Assembly: GCF_006345805.1 (NCBI RefSeq)
Contig: NC_043010.1
Coordinates: forward strand, 4,774,001-4,838,000
Origin: Octopus sinensis
Lineage: Eukaryota
Direction: 5' to 3'
DNA length: 64,000 bases
Shown here: positions 11,423 through 25,494 of the stretch, in pieces
Position numbering within the stretch: the first letter of the stretch is position 1
Layout: each line of letters starts with the position of its first letter
Made by a program: the position numbers and the translations under genes
Notes under the pieces: model-generated
What the model was told of the DNA's origin: nothing
What the model saw: only the letters and a program-made list of their open reading frames with translations
Database searches by the model: none

Positions 11423-13069
11423 ATTTACAGCCTAAAGGCAGTGCTTATACTACTTGTCATCATTACCATCATAATCAACATCATCATCATCATCATCATC
11501 ATCATCATTATTATTATTTTTAAGGTGGTGAGCTGGCAGAATCGTTAGCACACGGGATGCTTTTCATTATTCCATGGATTATAAAATTAAAGTTACCAGT
11601 CAAGAAGTTGGATCAGTGGTATCAACTATTAACAACACTTCCCTCCTTCCAAAATTGTTGGCCTCGTACCTAAATTAGAAATGGTTATTATTATCATTAT
11701 TATAAATTTTTATCTTTATTGTTCATGGATTCAGAGATACATCAATGTGTTTGGTTTTTCAAAAAAAGAATTAGGTACATCTTGGAAAACATGCATAAAA
11801 ATATTCAAGGTTAACAAATGCTGTGTGAGAATGATCAAATTTACAGACCCTAATATAATATTGTTATTATCTTGAATGTACCCGTGTCCATCCTTAGAGG
11901 TAATCTGACAATGTCTTAACCGGCATTGTTGTGTGCTATTATTGTTGTAAAACTAAATATTGTAATGCATTCTATCTGGAGCTTTATTGTTTTTGTAAGT
12001 TACTGCCTTTCTGATTGCCTTTACTGCTGCTGCTGCTGCCGATGAGGATGATGATGAGGTTACTGAGTTTTGATGTAGACACTAGGCCAACAGCTCCTTT
12101 ATTTGTTTGGAGTGGGCAACTGCTTAGTACCACTGAACCCAGTGCTTGACTAGTTATTTATATTATTGACCCTGGAGGGATAAAAGGTAAAATTGACCAT
12201 AGCAAGATTAATAATAATATTCATAATAAGCATTTCCTTATTTGGAACATGGGTGAGAATAAAGGGATAAGACAGGGATAAATTTACAAAAATGGTGGAG
12301 GTTTACTAATATTCTGCTCTATGATTAAATTCCTACTATTTTAAAAATTTATTTGGGAAATGTTCCTTCATCATTTGCCCTTGTGACAATTAAATATCAT
12401 CATCATCATCATCATAATCATCCTGTTGTTACAGGATATTGATGTTGTAACCAGTTTGATTACATTTCTACTTGGACTACCATCAGCAGCCTAGGTTAAG
12501 AAGCATATTTTTGTCCCTTCTCCTATAAAAATCCTTTTATGTTGTTTCATAAATGAAGTTACTTTATATCAAAGGCTTTCTGAATGATCTTTGCAGTATC
12601 AAGTAAACAGTTATTCTACACTGTTTTTCTTTTTTCCTTTTTTTTTTCTTGAGCCCTGGGACCCGTAAGGCCTGTTACCTAGTTTTCCTGGTATATAAGC
12701 AACTGAGATCATAACATATCCCCTGAAAGTGACGCTAGTTATTGCAGGATTCAAGACCAGAATTTTTCGAAGTGAGGGGGAAAGTCAATTACATCAACCC
12801 CAGTACTTGACTGGTACTTTATTTTATCGACCCTGAAGGCATGAGAGGCAAAGTTGGCCTTGGTGGGCTTTGAACTCAGAGTGTAAAGAGCTGGAAAATA
12901 TGCAACTAAGCATTTTGCCTGATATGCTAATGAAGCTACTAGCATGCTGCCTAGACTGCATTGTATCCACTACAAAATTAACGTTTAGTTTTCTAAGGTT
13001 TTTTCTCAAATTCTTCATCACAGTTCTTAAGCTTCCATTGATAACTAGTAAGATTATGAATTTATTAAC

Positions 13070-13108
13070 CTCTTTGTTTTAAGTGTCTGAGAATTCTAAG
13101 CTTTGAGC
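13070..13108 (-). CDS. Candidate 39-nt exon: (G)SKLRILRHLKQR
   Basis: Acceptor gtattatacag|; weak donor AG|gttaat; single open frame, phase 1 to 1. Confidence 0.3.
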
Positions 13109-13625
13109 CTGTATAATACACTAATTTGAAAATGTCATACTTCAAGGCAATTATCATTATCATTATTGTTATTATAAAGGTGGTGAGCTGGCAGAATTGT
13201 TAGCATGCTGGATGAAATGCTTAGCAGTATTTCATCCATCGCTGCGTTCAGAGTTCAAATTCCACCGAGGTCGACTTTGTTTTTCATCCTCTTCGGGGGG
13301 TCAATAAATTAAGTACCAGTGAAACACTGGGGTTGATGTAATTGACTACTTGCCTCTCCCCAAATTTCAGGCATCATGCCTTTAATAGACATTATTATTA
13401 TTATTATATTATTATTGTTGCTATTGCTATTAAAATTATTACATGCTATATTAGCTTGCAGAGACATTGTTTTGAGGTTTGCTGATAGCATGTCTTCTCA
13501 AATCTCAAGAATCTTACTTTGAATTCTGGCAGGATATAGGATTGCACTTTTCTGCAAGTCAACAGTGCATGCCTTTTTTTTGTGTGTGTGTGTGTGTGTG
13601 AACCCTTAGTGGTTAATTAAGAAAA

Positions 13626-13664
<39 letters not shown>

Positions 13665-13670
13665 CATTAT

Positions 13671-13726
<56 letters not shown>

Positions 13727-13852
13727 TATTATTATTATTATTATTATTATCATTATTATTATTATAAATTAAGTGTCAGTGAAACATGGGAGTCAATGTA
13801 ATCAACTAGTCCCCTTCCCCAGTAGAAAGGTTTATTATTATTATCATTATTA

Positions 13853-13893
<41 letters not shown>

Positions 13894-13998
13894 AATTAAG
13901 TGCCAGTGAAACATGGGGATCAACGTAATCAACTAGTCCCCTCCCCCCAAATTTAAGGCTTGTGCCTTCAGTATAAAGGATTATTATTATTATTATCA

Positions 13999-14443
13999 TT
14001 GAGTGAGAGAGCAGTTCATGCCATCAAAGTGACACTGGGGTAAAATATACGAAGCCCAATATACCCATCATGACAACCCGTCTGATAAAGGTACACCAGG
14101 CACATGCATCACAACCATATGTGCACGACATGGTGATCTCATATCAAGATAAACAGCACATGACCTTGCAGGTGGGGCCCAGTTAGAATTTTCTTCAGGT
14201 TGAGTAGCCCATCCGCTCAAACGGTCCCTGAATAAGGGTTGTTTAAGGATGTTGAAAGAAACAACCATGGTTCCAGAGGTGAACTATCAAACCAAAAGAA
14301 TCCCTATAAAGCATGGCTATGATGCTCCCCCACTACTTCTGCTCGTGATCAGAGATGCACATATCGTCAGCCGCTAAGGGACATGCTCAACTGGTTAAGG
14401 TCAAAATACTAGACAAAGCAAATCTGTGGTATTGAGCAGAATT
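13999..14443 (+). mobile_element. Non-coding repeat family G embedded in (ATT)n
   Basis: A longer inverted copy lies at 21349-21910; both are bounded by (ATT/AAT)n. Confidence 0.7.
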
Positions 14444-14552
14444 ATTTTATTATTATTATCCTTATTATTATTATTATTTTTCTTCTTCTTTCAAATTTGC
14501 TTCCATTTCTTGCGGGTGTCTTATTATTATTATTATTATTATTATAATAATA

Positions 14553-14750
14553 GGTGGCACGTAAAAAGCACCCATACACTCACGGGGTGTGGTGGGCATT
14601 AGGAAAGGGCATCCCAGCGTAGAAGAACACCTGCCAGATTTGACTGGGCATGATGAAGCCTTATTGGCTTCACAGACCCCAAGTAGAAACGTCCAACCCA
14701 GGCTAGCATGGGAAAAACGGACGCTAAACGACGATGATGATGATGATGAT
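14553..14750 (+). mobile_element. SINE family C copy whose tail grades into a 1.1-kb (ATT)n tract
   Basis: Matches 610-798. Confidence 0.75.
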
Positions 14751-14773
14751 TATCATTATTATTATTATTATTA

Positions 14774-14817
<44 letters not shown>

Positions 14818-14836
14818 GTTATTATTATCATTATTA

Positions 14837-14871
<35 letters not shown>

Positions 14872-15031
14872 TTATTATTCATTATTATCATTATTATTAT
14901 TATTATTATTATCATTATTATTATTATTATCATTATTATTATTATTATTATTATTATCATTATTATTATTATGATTATTATTATTATTATCATTATTATT
15001 ATTATTCTATTATTATATATTATCATTATTA

Positions 15032-15077
<46 letters not shown>

Positions 15078-15107
15078 TTATTATCATTATTATTATTATT
15101 ATTATTA

Positions 15108-15144
<37 letters not shown>

Positions 15145-15771
15145 CATTATTATCATATTATTATTATTATTATATTATTATTATCATTATTATTATTATT
15201 ATCATTATTATTATTATTATTATCATTATTATCATTATTATTATTATTATTATTATCATTATTATCATTCTTATCATTATTATTATTTGATTATTATCAT
15301 ATTATTATTATTATCATTATTATTATTGTTATTATTATCATTATTATCATTATTATTATTATATTATTATTATTATTATTATTATATCATTATCAGTTTA
15401 TTATTATTATTATTATATTATTATTATTATTATTGTTATTATTATCATTATTATCATTATTATTATTATTATTATTAATTATATTATTATTATTATCATT
15501 ATTATCATTATTATTATTATATTATTATCATTATTATTATTATATCATTATTATCATTATTATTATTATTATTATCATTATTATTATTAGTTATTATTAT
15601 TATTTATTATTGTTATATATCATTATTATCATTATTATCATTATATTATTATTATTATTATTATTATTGTTATTATTATCATTATTATCATTATTATTAT
15701 TATTATTATATCATTATTATTATTATTATTATTATTTTATTATTATTATTATTGTTATTATTATCATTATT

Positions 15772-15803
<32 letters not shown>

Positions 15804-15820
15804 TTATTATCATTATTTGT
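14740..15820. repeat. ~1.1-kb imperfect (ATT)n/(ATC) microsatellite
   Basis: Directly visible; source of the poly-I/poly-Y/poly-L ORFs. Confidence 0.95.
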
Positions 15821-16102
15821 AGAAGTGGCAGCAGCAGCAACAGCAGTAGTAGAGATTATCAGAAAAGTTGCACTGTGCATAAATGAAAGGACATCAAGTA
15901 AATGCATTATAATATTTAGCTTTGTATCTTTGCCCCCTCTAATTTTGGCTTCACTTTTCTATCTTCCATGCTTGATGAAATAAATAGCAGTAATATACTG
16001 GTGAAAAAAATAATTAACTATAACCCTCTCGTAAAAATAAATTAATAAATAAACAAACAAACTGACCCTTGCATCAATGAATATGACAAACCATTATTGT
16101 AC

Positions 16103-16184
16103 CTAATATTTGTAGTATGTACAGTCCTGTTAGCACCAGTGCAGTCAAGGTAGGTTTTGCAAGTCCACAATCTGTTGTTTCATT
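16103..16184 (-). CDS. Internal 82-nt exon: NETTDCGLAKPTLTALVLTGLYILQIL(G)
   Basis: Acceptor tttgtcttttgtcattcaaag|; donor TAG|gtacaa; single open frame, phase 0 to 1. Confidence 0.5.
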
Positions 16185-16382
16185 CTTTGAATGACAAAAG
16201 ACAAACATATTTTTTTTTAAAATGTGCTGCACTAATTCATTTATTAGTTTGTTTTTTTCTGGAATCTACTACCTTTCCAGGAATGCATTGGCGTCATTGT
16301 TTTTATTTTATTTTATTTTATTTTATTTATTCATTTTGTTATTATGACACCAGAACATAAATGGACACGTGGGGTAAATTAC

Positions 16383-16663
16383 CTGATAAAAATGTCAAGG
16401 ATGTAGGATCTTTGGTTGCACAACTGGTGATGGTTTAGCATATGTACTAAAACTGTTTCTGCTTGGTAAATTCCATGGTTTTGATGGACTGGCATTGGTT
16501 ACCCTAAAAGATTTCAGATCAATGACATCAGTAGAAGGTGCTTTGTTATCACAAGTTGGTAGCTTTGAAAATTTGGTTGAGACATCTTTTTGCCTAGCGA
16601 GAACCCATGGTAAGGACTTCCTATCTGTCTTCAATAGCTGTTCTTCTGGACATGATTTGACAC
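16383..16663 (-). CDS. Largest exon (281 nt), S/P/K-rich: VKSCPEEQLLKTDRKSLPWVLARQKDVSTKFSKLPTCDNKAPSTDVIDLKSFR[VTNASPSKPWNLPSRNSFSTYAKPSPVVQPKILHP*HFYQ]
   Basis: Acceptor ttaatttattccttcag|; 88 open codons; two donors, both phase 0: AGG|gtaacc at 16503 and CAG|gtaatt at 16383; TGA at 16397-16395 lies between them. Confidence 0.6.
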
Positions 16664-16897
16664 CTGAAGGAATAAATTAAATCTTTATCTAAGAATGTGT
16701 TTCTTTTTTAACAAAGATTGTGAAGGAAGAATACACTGTCATCAGTTTCTGTATTTTTAAAAACTTATCTTTTATATTTTACTCATTTGGCTGTGGCCAT
16801 GTTTAGGCACCAACTTGAAAAATTTTAACTCAATAAATTGACCCGTGTACTTATATGATGTCGAGGTGAGGGCAAGCACAGACACAAAAACAATATA

Positions 16898-16933
<36 letters not shown>

Positions 16934-16963
16934 TGTATGTATGTATGGACACTCTCTTATATT

Positions 16964-16997
<34 letters not shown>

Positions 16998-17052
16998 TAT
17001 ATATGAACTTTGGGAAAACTTGCTACCCGCACACCTCAAGACAATATCCCTA

Positions 17053-17125
<73 letters not shown>

Positions 17126-17315
17126 GGGCTTCTTCAGTTTTTGTCTCCGAAATCTGCTTACAAAGCTTTGGTAAGTCCAAGGCATAAAGTAGAAGACACT
17201 TGCTCAAGGTGTTGCACTTTGAGACTGAACCTAGAACCATAATGTTGAGAGGTAAATTTCCAACCATACACCCATGCCCACACCTTATAATTGTCTCCAT
17301 CATACGATAAGTTAC

Positions 17316-17331
17316 TTAATAAGCTAAAATT
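17316..17331 (-). CDS. Candidate 16-nt microexon: NFSLL(S)
   Basis: Acceptor ttatttctcag|; donor AA|gtaact; preceded by a 68-nt intron; its only open frame (phase 0 to 1) reconciles the 17400 and 16663 exons. Confidence 0.4.
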
Positions 17332-17399
17332 CTGAGAAATAAGTTATCTAGAACAGAAGTCACTCCTCTGATTTTCAAAGACTTTTATTGAAAACTTAC

Positions 17400-17554
17400 T
17401 TCTGTTAAGACATCTGCAATCTTTGATACCTTATATCTTATATTTCCTTCCTTTAACATATTCACAAATCCCATTTCCTCTTTCTCCTTCTTACTGTATA
17501 ACTTGAAGCCCAAAGCTATCAAGATTAATGATATTATGCAGGATAAGGGGAATT
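17400..17554 (-). CDS. Exon with a hydrophobic segment followed by a charged stretch: (E)FPLSCIISLILIALGFKLYSKKEKEEMGFVNMLKEGNIRYKVSKIADVLTE
   Basis: Consensus donor GAA|gtaagt; acceptor agctttccag|; lies within the 64-codon ORF 17385..17579, whose ATG at 17579 could alternatively be the start codon. Confidence 0.55.
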
Positions 17555-17773
17555 CTGGAAAGCTATTAGATTGCAACATTCAAAAGTTATTGTCAGGGGT
17601 CCCTTAATCAGTTCATTGCTGCAAAGTAGTTGCATCTGTTTAAATCCCACATTGGTTTTGTTTTCTAACAAGATTGCTCACATGAAATTATAATAGTCAA
17701 TGCAAATATCATTTGAGCCCTATCACATTTATATTATTTCGTAATTGTTGACATTACTATTATAAATTATTAC

Positions 17774-17829
17774 CACAGTTTCTTTCAAGTAATAACAGTT
17801 GAATCATCAGATACAGCATTCCAATGTAG
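17774..17829 (-). CDS. Candidate 56-nt exon: [18 protein letters not shown]
   Basis: Acceptor catgtttag|; donor TG|gtaata; single open frame, phase 2 to 1. Confidence 0.3.
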
Positions 17830-17857
17830 CTAAACATGCAAGTGTGTACATATGTAT

Positions 17858-17958
<101 letters not shown>

Positions 17959-18090
17959 TATATATGTACACACATATATACACAGACATATATATGTACA
18001 CACATACATATGTTTATAAATATGTATGTGTGTCATCATCATCACCATTTAACATCTGCATTCCATACTGGCATGATATATATATATGTA

Positions 18091-18124
<34 letters not shown>

Positions 18125-18272
18125 TATATATATATATATATACAGATATATATATATACATATATATACATATAACGGGAAGCTTTATAAAAATAGACAA
18201 AAGACGAAGGCAGGTGGGAAACAAACAAACAATTGTATTAGTATGGCGCTCAGGAAATATAAATAAAACAAC

Positions 18273-18310
18273 TCTTTAACGTTTCGAGCCTACGCTCTTC
18301 AACAGAAAGA
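18273..18310 (-). ncRNA. Degenerate minimal hammerhead motif
   Basis: UCUUU-CUGUUGA-A-GAGC(GUAG)GCUC-GAAA-CG-UU-AAAGA; A6 replaced by U. A more decayed relative lies at 31890-31925 (+). Confidence 0.35.
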
Positions 18311-18650
18311 TACACAGAGAGAAAAAAAAACACAGAAAGAAGGAGAGAAAAAAAATGCATGCAGTAACTAACGAATCAACATGCCGATCTGGTGATATAT
18401 ATATATACATATATATATATGTTACGCCTGGCGAAATGCGTAGCCATATTTTGTCTGCCGTTACGTTCTGAGTTCAAATTCCGCCGAGGTTGACTTTGCC
18501 TTTCATCCTTTCGGGGTCGATAAATTAAGTACTAGTTTTGCACTGGGGTCGATGTAATCGACTTAATCCGTTTGTCTGTCTTTGTTTATCCCCTTGTGGC
18601 TAGTAAAGAAATATATATATATATATTATATATATATACACACACATATG

Positions 18651-18682
<32 letters not shown>

Positions 18683-18978
18683 ATATATATATATATTATA
18701 TATATATATATATTCATGCATGTATATATGTATATAAGTATATACAGGGTGTAATGGGTAAATTGTGGCCATATTTTATCTTTAATTTCATGCATGTATT
18801 TTGTTTGTTTTGATTTTGTCAACTACACATTATAGTAGGGTCAAATGGGTACCATTTGTGGGGAAAACACCACCATAATGCAGTTTGCTCTGCCAGAAAT
18901 GTTGCAGGAGATTCTAAGCATGACTAAACATGTAAATCTCACACACATTCACTCCCTACGCCAATGCCATAAACTGTC

Positions 18979-19016
<38 letters not shown>

Positions 19017-19529
19017 AAGTCGACCTTGGCAGAATTTGAACTCAGAACATAAAGATAGATGAAATACTGCTAAGCATTTCGCCTGGCATGCTAATATTTC
19101 TGCTGGCCTTAAGCAAATTGCAATACTAACAAGGTCATGGCATATCTGACTAATAACCCCTACCTCCCAAATGAAAACAGGAAATTTGGAAGTAACAACA
19201 ACAAGTAAAGAAACTGACCATCTAAAACATACTACCTGCTTGCACTCTTTTGTGAATCCTTAGAAATTCTATTGCAATAAAGCTGACACTCCTAATTACT
19301 AAGTTTTTAAATACTGGACTAAAATTTGACCTTTACAATGACAAAGCAAGGGATTATATCCAATAAAACCAAACATGATTAAAACTACTGACACTTCCAA
19401 TACCTAGCTCCTAAAAGGAACATGCCTAAATATTCATTCCTGCTTATAAAGTGTGTAGTTGTCTTTTCATAGCACCAGTCCTGATACTTTTTGAGCAGAC
19501 ATGTGTGTGTGTGTGTGTGTATATATGTA

Positions 19530-19989
19530 CATTCTTTTATTCTTTAATTTGTTTCAGTCATTTGACTGCAGCCATGCTGGAGCACCACCTTTAGTCAAGC
19601 AAATCAACCCCAGGACTTATTCTTTGTAAGCCTAGTACTTATTCTATCGGTCTCTTTGCCAAACCACTAAATTACAGGGACATAAACACACCAGCATCGG
19701 TTGTTAAGCAATGTTGGAGGGACAAACAGACACAAACACCTACACACATACACACACACATATATCTATATCTATTTCTCTCTCTCTCTCTCTCTCTCTC
19801 TTTATATATATATATATATACATATAAATGATGGTCATCTTTCAGTTTCCGTCTACCAAATCCAGCCACAAGGTTTTGGTCAGCCTGAGGATATAGTAGA
19901 AGATACTTGCCCAAGGTGCCACGCAGTGGGACTGAACCCGGAACCATGTGGTTGGGAAGCAAACTATTTACTACACAGCCACTCACGCA
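19530..19989 (-). mobile_element. SINE family A copy
   Basis: Reverse complement of the 10024-10435 element. Confidence 0.8.
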
Positions 19990-21282
19990 CCTATATACAT
20001 ATAAAAGTATGTACATGCATTTGTACGTGTGTGTGTTTATGTTTGTGTATACCTCTCACCACCACCTGACAAATAGTCATGGTTCGTTTACATCTCTGTA
20101 ACTTTGTGGTTTTGACAAAAGAGATTGATGGAATATGCACCTGACTTAAAAAGATAGATACCAGGTTGATTTGTTTGATGAAACCCTTCAAGGTAGTGTC
20201 TCAGCACAACCACAGTCTATTGACTAAAACAAGTGGTAATTAATAATGGTATTTAAGTTCAGTTGGCGGCGAGCTGACAGAAACATTAGCACGCCGGGCG
20301 AAATGCGTAGCCGTATTTCATCTGCCATTATGTTCTGAGTTCAAATTCCGCCGATGTCGACTTTGCCTTTCATCCTTTCGGGGTCGATAAATTAAGTACC
20401 AGTTACACACTGAGGTTGATATAATCGACTTAATCTGTTTGTCTGTCCTTGTCTGTCCTCTCTGTGTTTAGCCTCTTGTGGGTAGTAAAGAAATACGTAT
20501 TTAAGTTCACCACAAACCCCATCAGTTTTGTGGAGAATGTTTAGTCATAATCAACTTCAAATCAGCTATTGCTGCTAAACTTTAGAAAATAGGTATAATT
20601 TATCATATATAATTTCTTTTATAAATTAGTCTTCCTATCTTTCCAGTATTGTTACAGTTTACTATTTTACTGAAAGAGCTTCTCACAAGCATCGTAGACC
20701 GATATTTTACACAACTTATGTTGTGATATTTCTGGCACGTTATAAAAATAGATAATTAGCATATTCACTAGAAATGCAATATCTGTCCTGATTTTATATG
20801 AGAATGTGTTACCAGTGTCATAAGAAAATGCACTTGAAAATTATTTCTTCTTTGAAGGCAAATGTCAGTTTGCAGAACATAAAAACTCTCCTACTTGTTT
20901 CATATACCCTTTCAAAATGTTAATTCATATGATTTCACAGAAACATTTAATTAATGTCAGTATTGAACAATGATTATGATGATGCATTCTGATGATAATA
21001 ATAATAATAATAAGAGTTACTCCTAGTTTATGCACAAGGCCAACAGATTTGAGGGGAGGGGTTAGTCAATGCCATTGAATTCATTACTTCATTACTTCAT
21101 TAATATATTATTTTATCAACCTCAAAATGTTGAAAGCAAAGTTAACTGTAGCACAGTTTGAACTTGGACTGCAAACAAGGAACACCTCAAAGCATTTTTC
21201 TGACAGTCCACAGCCATGATAATAATAATAATAAGAAGAATATAGCATGCACTGGTCTCTCACACACACGCAAAAAAATAAC

Positions 21283-21348
<66 letters not shown>

Positions 21349-21349
<1 letters not shown>

Positions 21350-21910
21350 TAGTACCAGACAGTGACTCTCGTAGCTTTTGATCTTAACTAATTGGAAGTG
21401 TTATCATGTACAATGATTTGTCTTGGTATAAAAGATGGGCTACAGCTAATATTCTGCTCAATAACACAGATTTGCTTGCCAGTTAAGTTAAGTTAAGTTG
21501 TTTGACCTTAACCAGTTGACCATGTCTCTTAGTGGCTGATGATATGTGCATCTCTGACCATGAGCAGAGGTAGTGGGGGAGCATCATAACCATGTGTTGA
21601 GAGGGATTCTTTGGGGTTTGGATAATTCACTTTTGGAAACACGGGTGGTTCATTCAACATCCTTAAACAATCCTTATCAGGGACCTTTTGAGCGGGACGA
21701 GTTACTCAACAAAAATAAAATTCTAGCTGGGCCCCACCTGCAAGGTCATGTGTTGTTTATCTTGATATGAGATCACCATGTCGTGCACATATGGTTGTGA
21801 TGCATGTGCCTGGTGTACCCTTATCAGATGGGTAGTCATGATGGGTTTACTGGGCTTCGTATATTTTACCCCAGTGTCACTTTGATGGCATGCACTGCTC
21901 TCTCACTCAA
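21349..21910 (-). mobile_element. Family G, probably full length (~560 bp)
   Basis: Reverse-complement match to 13999-14443; (AAT)n on both sides. Confidence 0.7.
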
Positions 21911-21930
21911 TAATAGTAATAATAAGAATA

Positions 21931-22025
<95 letters not shown>

Positions 22026-23150
22026 CTATTACTACCATTGTATTTTAATTTAACTTAAAAAAAAAATGAACGAACTATTGAGTTTAGTTTAATGGCCTAC
22101 CAATGTATACTATGAGTTTCTTTGCCCTAGGAGTCGGGAAGACACTCGGCAAGAAATGGAAGCAAATTTAAAAGAAGAAAAAAAAAATAATAATAATAAT
22201 AATCATAAGAATACTTTTAATGGGTGGGTTGGGGCTAATTAACATCAATATCAACAACAAAAACAGCAGCAAAAACAAAAACCTAATAACAAACACTTTC
22301 AAACTGTCACATTATTAAAACTGTTAAACTGTTAAACATTGACTCCCGCACAAACAACATATGTTTAGTGAGCCAACAGAAGGTCTGCATGTAAGTCTCA
22401 TAACTTGATGTTCTAAAAAGGGCAGCTAAACATCACCATTGAGGGAGCATGATTTAGCAGTCAGAAGCATGTTTTTAGGTATCTCTTTGGTCACAAAAGA
22501 CGTAGACATTCTCTAAATCTCCTCACACTTGATCCAGTATGAACATCCAAGATGTGACAGCCAGAGGAGGGAATGAGAACTTTGCCAGCATCCAGCTGTA
22601 ACTCATTACGAATGAATAGACTAGAACAAAGTGGAATGGAGTATCTTGCTCACAGACACAATGCACTACTTGACCCAAGTATTGAACCCATGATGTAGTG
22701 GTTGATGTAAGTTCAATACCCTAACCACCAGATTTGATAGAAATAGCAACCAAGTGTCCTTCAAATCTTATCCTACCATTTTTCTAAGAAAAAGTAAAAC
22801 ATCACATTTGATGTTGTCATAGATATAAAATACTCAGGAGGATGATCGTGGTTGGAATGACATTGATCCTCAGTCTGTTCGATCAGGATCATATCAAGGT
22901 TAAACAACAACCAGGAATACCTTTGATAAAAAAAAGCCCTAATGCTCCCTCATAACAACAAAGCATCCTTCTATACCACACAATATTAATAGCATATAAA
23001 ATATCACATGGGCCCTAACATTAGTTTAAAAGCAAGGCAGCATCTAGGCAAAGAAAACGGGTTAGATTAAATAAAGCCATTAACTTCATAATTTATATTG
23101 TTTTGTTTTTATTGTTAAAAATAAAATCAAATTTAAGCTATGGATGACAA

Positions 23151-23181
<31 letters not shown>

Positions 23182-23360
23182 TTATAAATATATATATCAA
23201 TTATATATATGTGTATATATATATATCGATGATATAAATATACACATACTTACATACATATATATATATATACACATACATATTATACATATGTATGTAT
23301 ATATACATATATCATATATATATATATTTATATATATCCATAATATGATATATACATACT

Positions 23361-23391
<31 letters not shown>

Positions 23392-24772
23392 GTATATATA
23401 TATATATGCATATAATTATATATGTGTATAAACATATATACATAAAATAACATATATACGTTTATATTTACACATATATATGTATACATACACACATATA
23501 TATATATATATATACATATATATACACTCACACAACCACGTGCATACACAGAGGAAGCGAATGCATGATACAAAGAGATAGGAAGAGCCTGGTTTTGTTT
23601 GACATCATTATGATTCAAGTTCTTTTATATTTTTTTTGCGTGTGAGTGTGTGTTGTGTGTGTTCTGAGAGATTACGCATAGAAAAGAGTGTGCACGCGTG
23701 TGTGCAACCATCTTTATAAAGATAATTTATATTTTTCCCTTTATGACAGTAACTACCATATCATCCAGTTTATAGTGTTGTGATGGTATAAAAAATTCTT
23801 TTTATTTTAGCCATTACACTTATCTATCGTGAAGCGGAGGGTTGCAAAAGAGGAAATTGAGAGACTGGAAGTGGGGGGGGGGAGGAAGGAGTCGTGAAGG
23901 AAGGAAGAATCTATAGTTATAAAATAATTGCTATATATAAAAGAAAATTACTTGTCTATTTCATATAAAAATGATGCATCAGATATTGACCAGATGACAA
24001 TGATCATTGTCTTGGGTTGCAGAAAGAGGTCGCTATTTATTTTAAACTAAATTCCTCCCCCACCCCCATCCCACCCCTTCATTTTTAGATCATAAAGGAA
24101 ATATCAGTTAGAAACTGGGATTCCACGAGTGGATTTTAACAATGCCATTACTTCATGACTCATTACACTCGGTTCATTGTTTTCAATGAAGAACCATGTC
24201 TATAATTTTGTGGTTTATTTTTGGAAATGATTTCTACTTGTCAGTGAGGTGGAAAAATATCGTTGTAAGTTATATTAATAGTGTTCAATATCTCTCAAAT
24301 ATATCATTTAGCTACAGCAGGACCATCACAACATTATGGTCTATAAACATATTAGCAACACCAACATCCATATTAATTAGGTAGATGTCAGATTTTCTCC
24401 ATTGAGTATTCATCCACACACAAAAACAGTTGAAATAGGAACAGCCATACAGTATCAAATGAGATTTCTTCTTCTAGTTGTTGCTACTATTCGGCACTAT
24501 TGGAACTACACCTGTTTTGTGTTTGTTCAACGAGAAATATGATAATATATTTTATTTTGCCTATGTCATAATGGACAAATATCCTAAAAGACAACTTTGT
24601 GTACAAGTAAACAACTATATGTATAAGTATTGTATACTGACGTACAAAATTTGTAGAACCGCTATGTATCATCATTTTAACGTCCAATTTTCTGTGCTTG
24701 AAGTGGACAGACAGAATTTGTGGTGGTGGATTTTCTATGAAAGATGCCATTCTTCTCGTTTCCCACTCTCAC

Positions 24773-24816
24773 CTGTCTCTAAGTAGGGTGATATTTCCCC
24801 CGTGACCTGACATGTT
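24773..24816 (-). CDS. 44-nt exon: either KHVRSRGNITLLRD (phase 0 to 2) or a start exon aaacATG-SGHGEISPYLET (phase 1 out)
   Basis: Long pyrimidine tract tcttcatttccaatcttccacag|; donor CAG|gtgaga; two frames open. Confidence 0.5.
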
Positions 24817-25011
24817 TCTGTGGAAGATTGGAAATGAAGATTGGTCACATAGATTTATAACTGTCACATGATGTCAAGGCAAGAAGGCAGTAGCATACAC
24901 ACAAATACACACACATGCATACATGCACTGCAAACCACCTACATGTATATATATACATACATATATATATATATATATACATATATATGTATATATATAC
25001 GTATATAAATA

Positions 25012-25071
<60 letters not shown>

Positions 25072-25148
25072 CATATATATACATATATACATATACATAT
25101 ATATAATATAATATATATATATATATTATATATATATATATATATAAC

Positions 25149-25219
<71 letters not shown>

Positions 25220-25249
25220 CGTATATAAATATATATATATTATATAACC

Positions 25250-25463
25250 TCTTATTCTTCCATTCTTTTTACTTGTTTCAGTCACTTGACTGTGGCCATG
25301 CTGGAGCACTACCTTTAGTCAAACAAATTGACCCCAGTACTTAGTCTTTTTAAGCCTATAGGTCTCTTTTGCTGAACTGCTAAGTTACGACAATGTAAAC
25401 ACACCAAAAGCAGCTGTCAAGTCATGGTGGGGGGAGACAAATACATACATACATATATGTGTG

Positions 25464-25494
<31 letters not shown>

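Noticed and set aside
14589-15822. Long ORFs of 233 and 362 aa (poly-Y/I/L)
   Set aside because: Translation of the (ATT)n microsatellite; stop-free by repeat phase only.
16495-16680. Plus-strand 61-aa ORF
   Set aside because: Antisense shadow of the minus-strand exon; the splice signals are on the minus strand.
20813-20849. Exon-like segment (phase 2 to 0)
   Set aside because: Exit phase is incompatible with the downstream exons; shows that pseudo-exons are common here.
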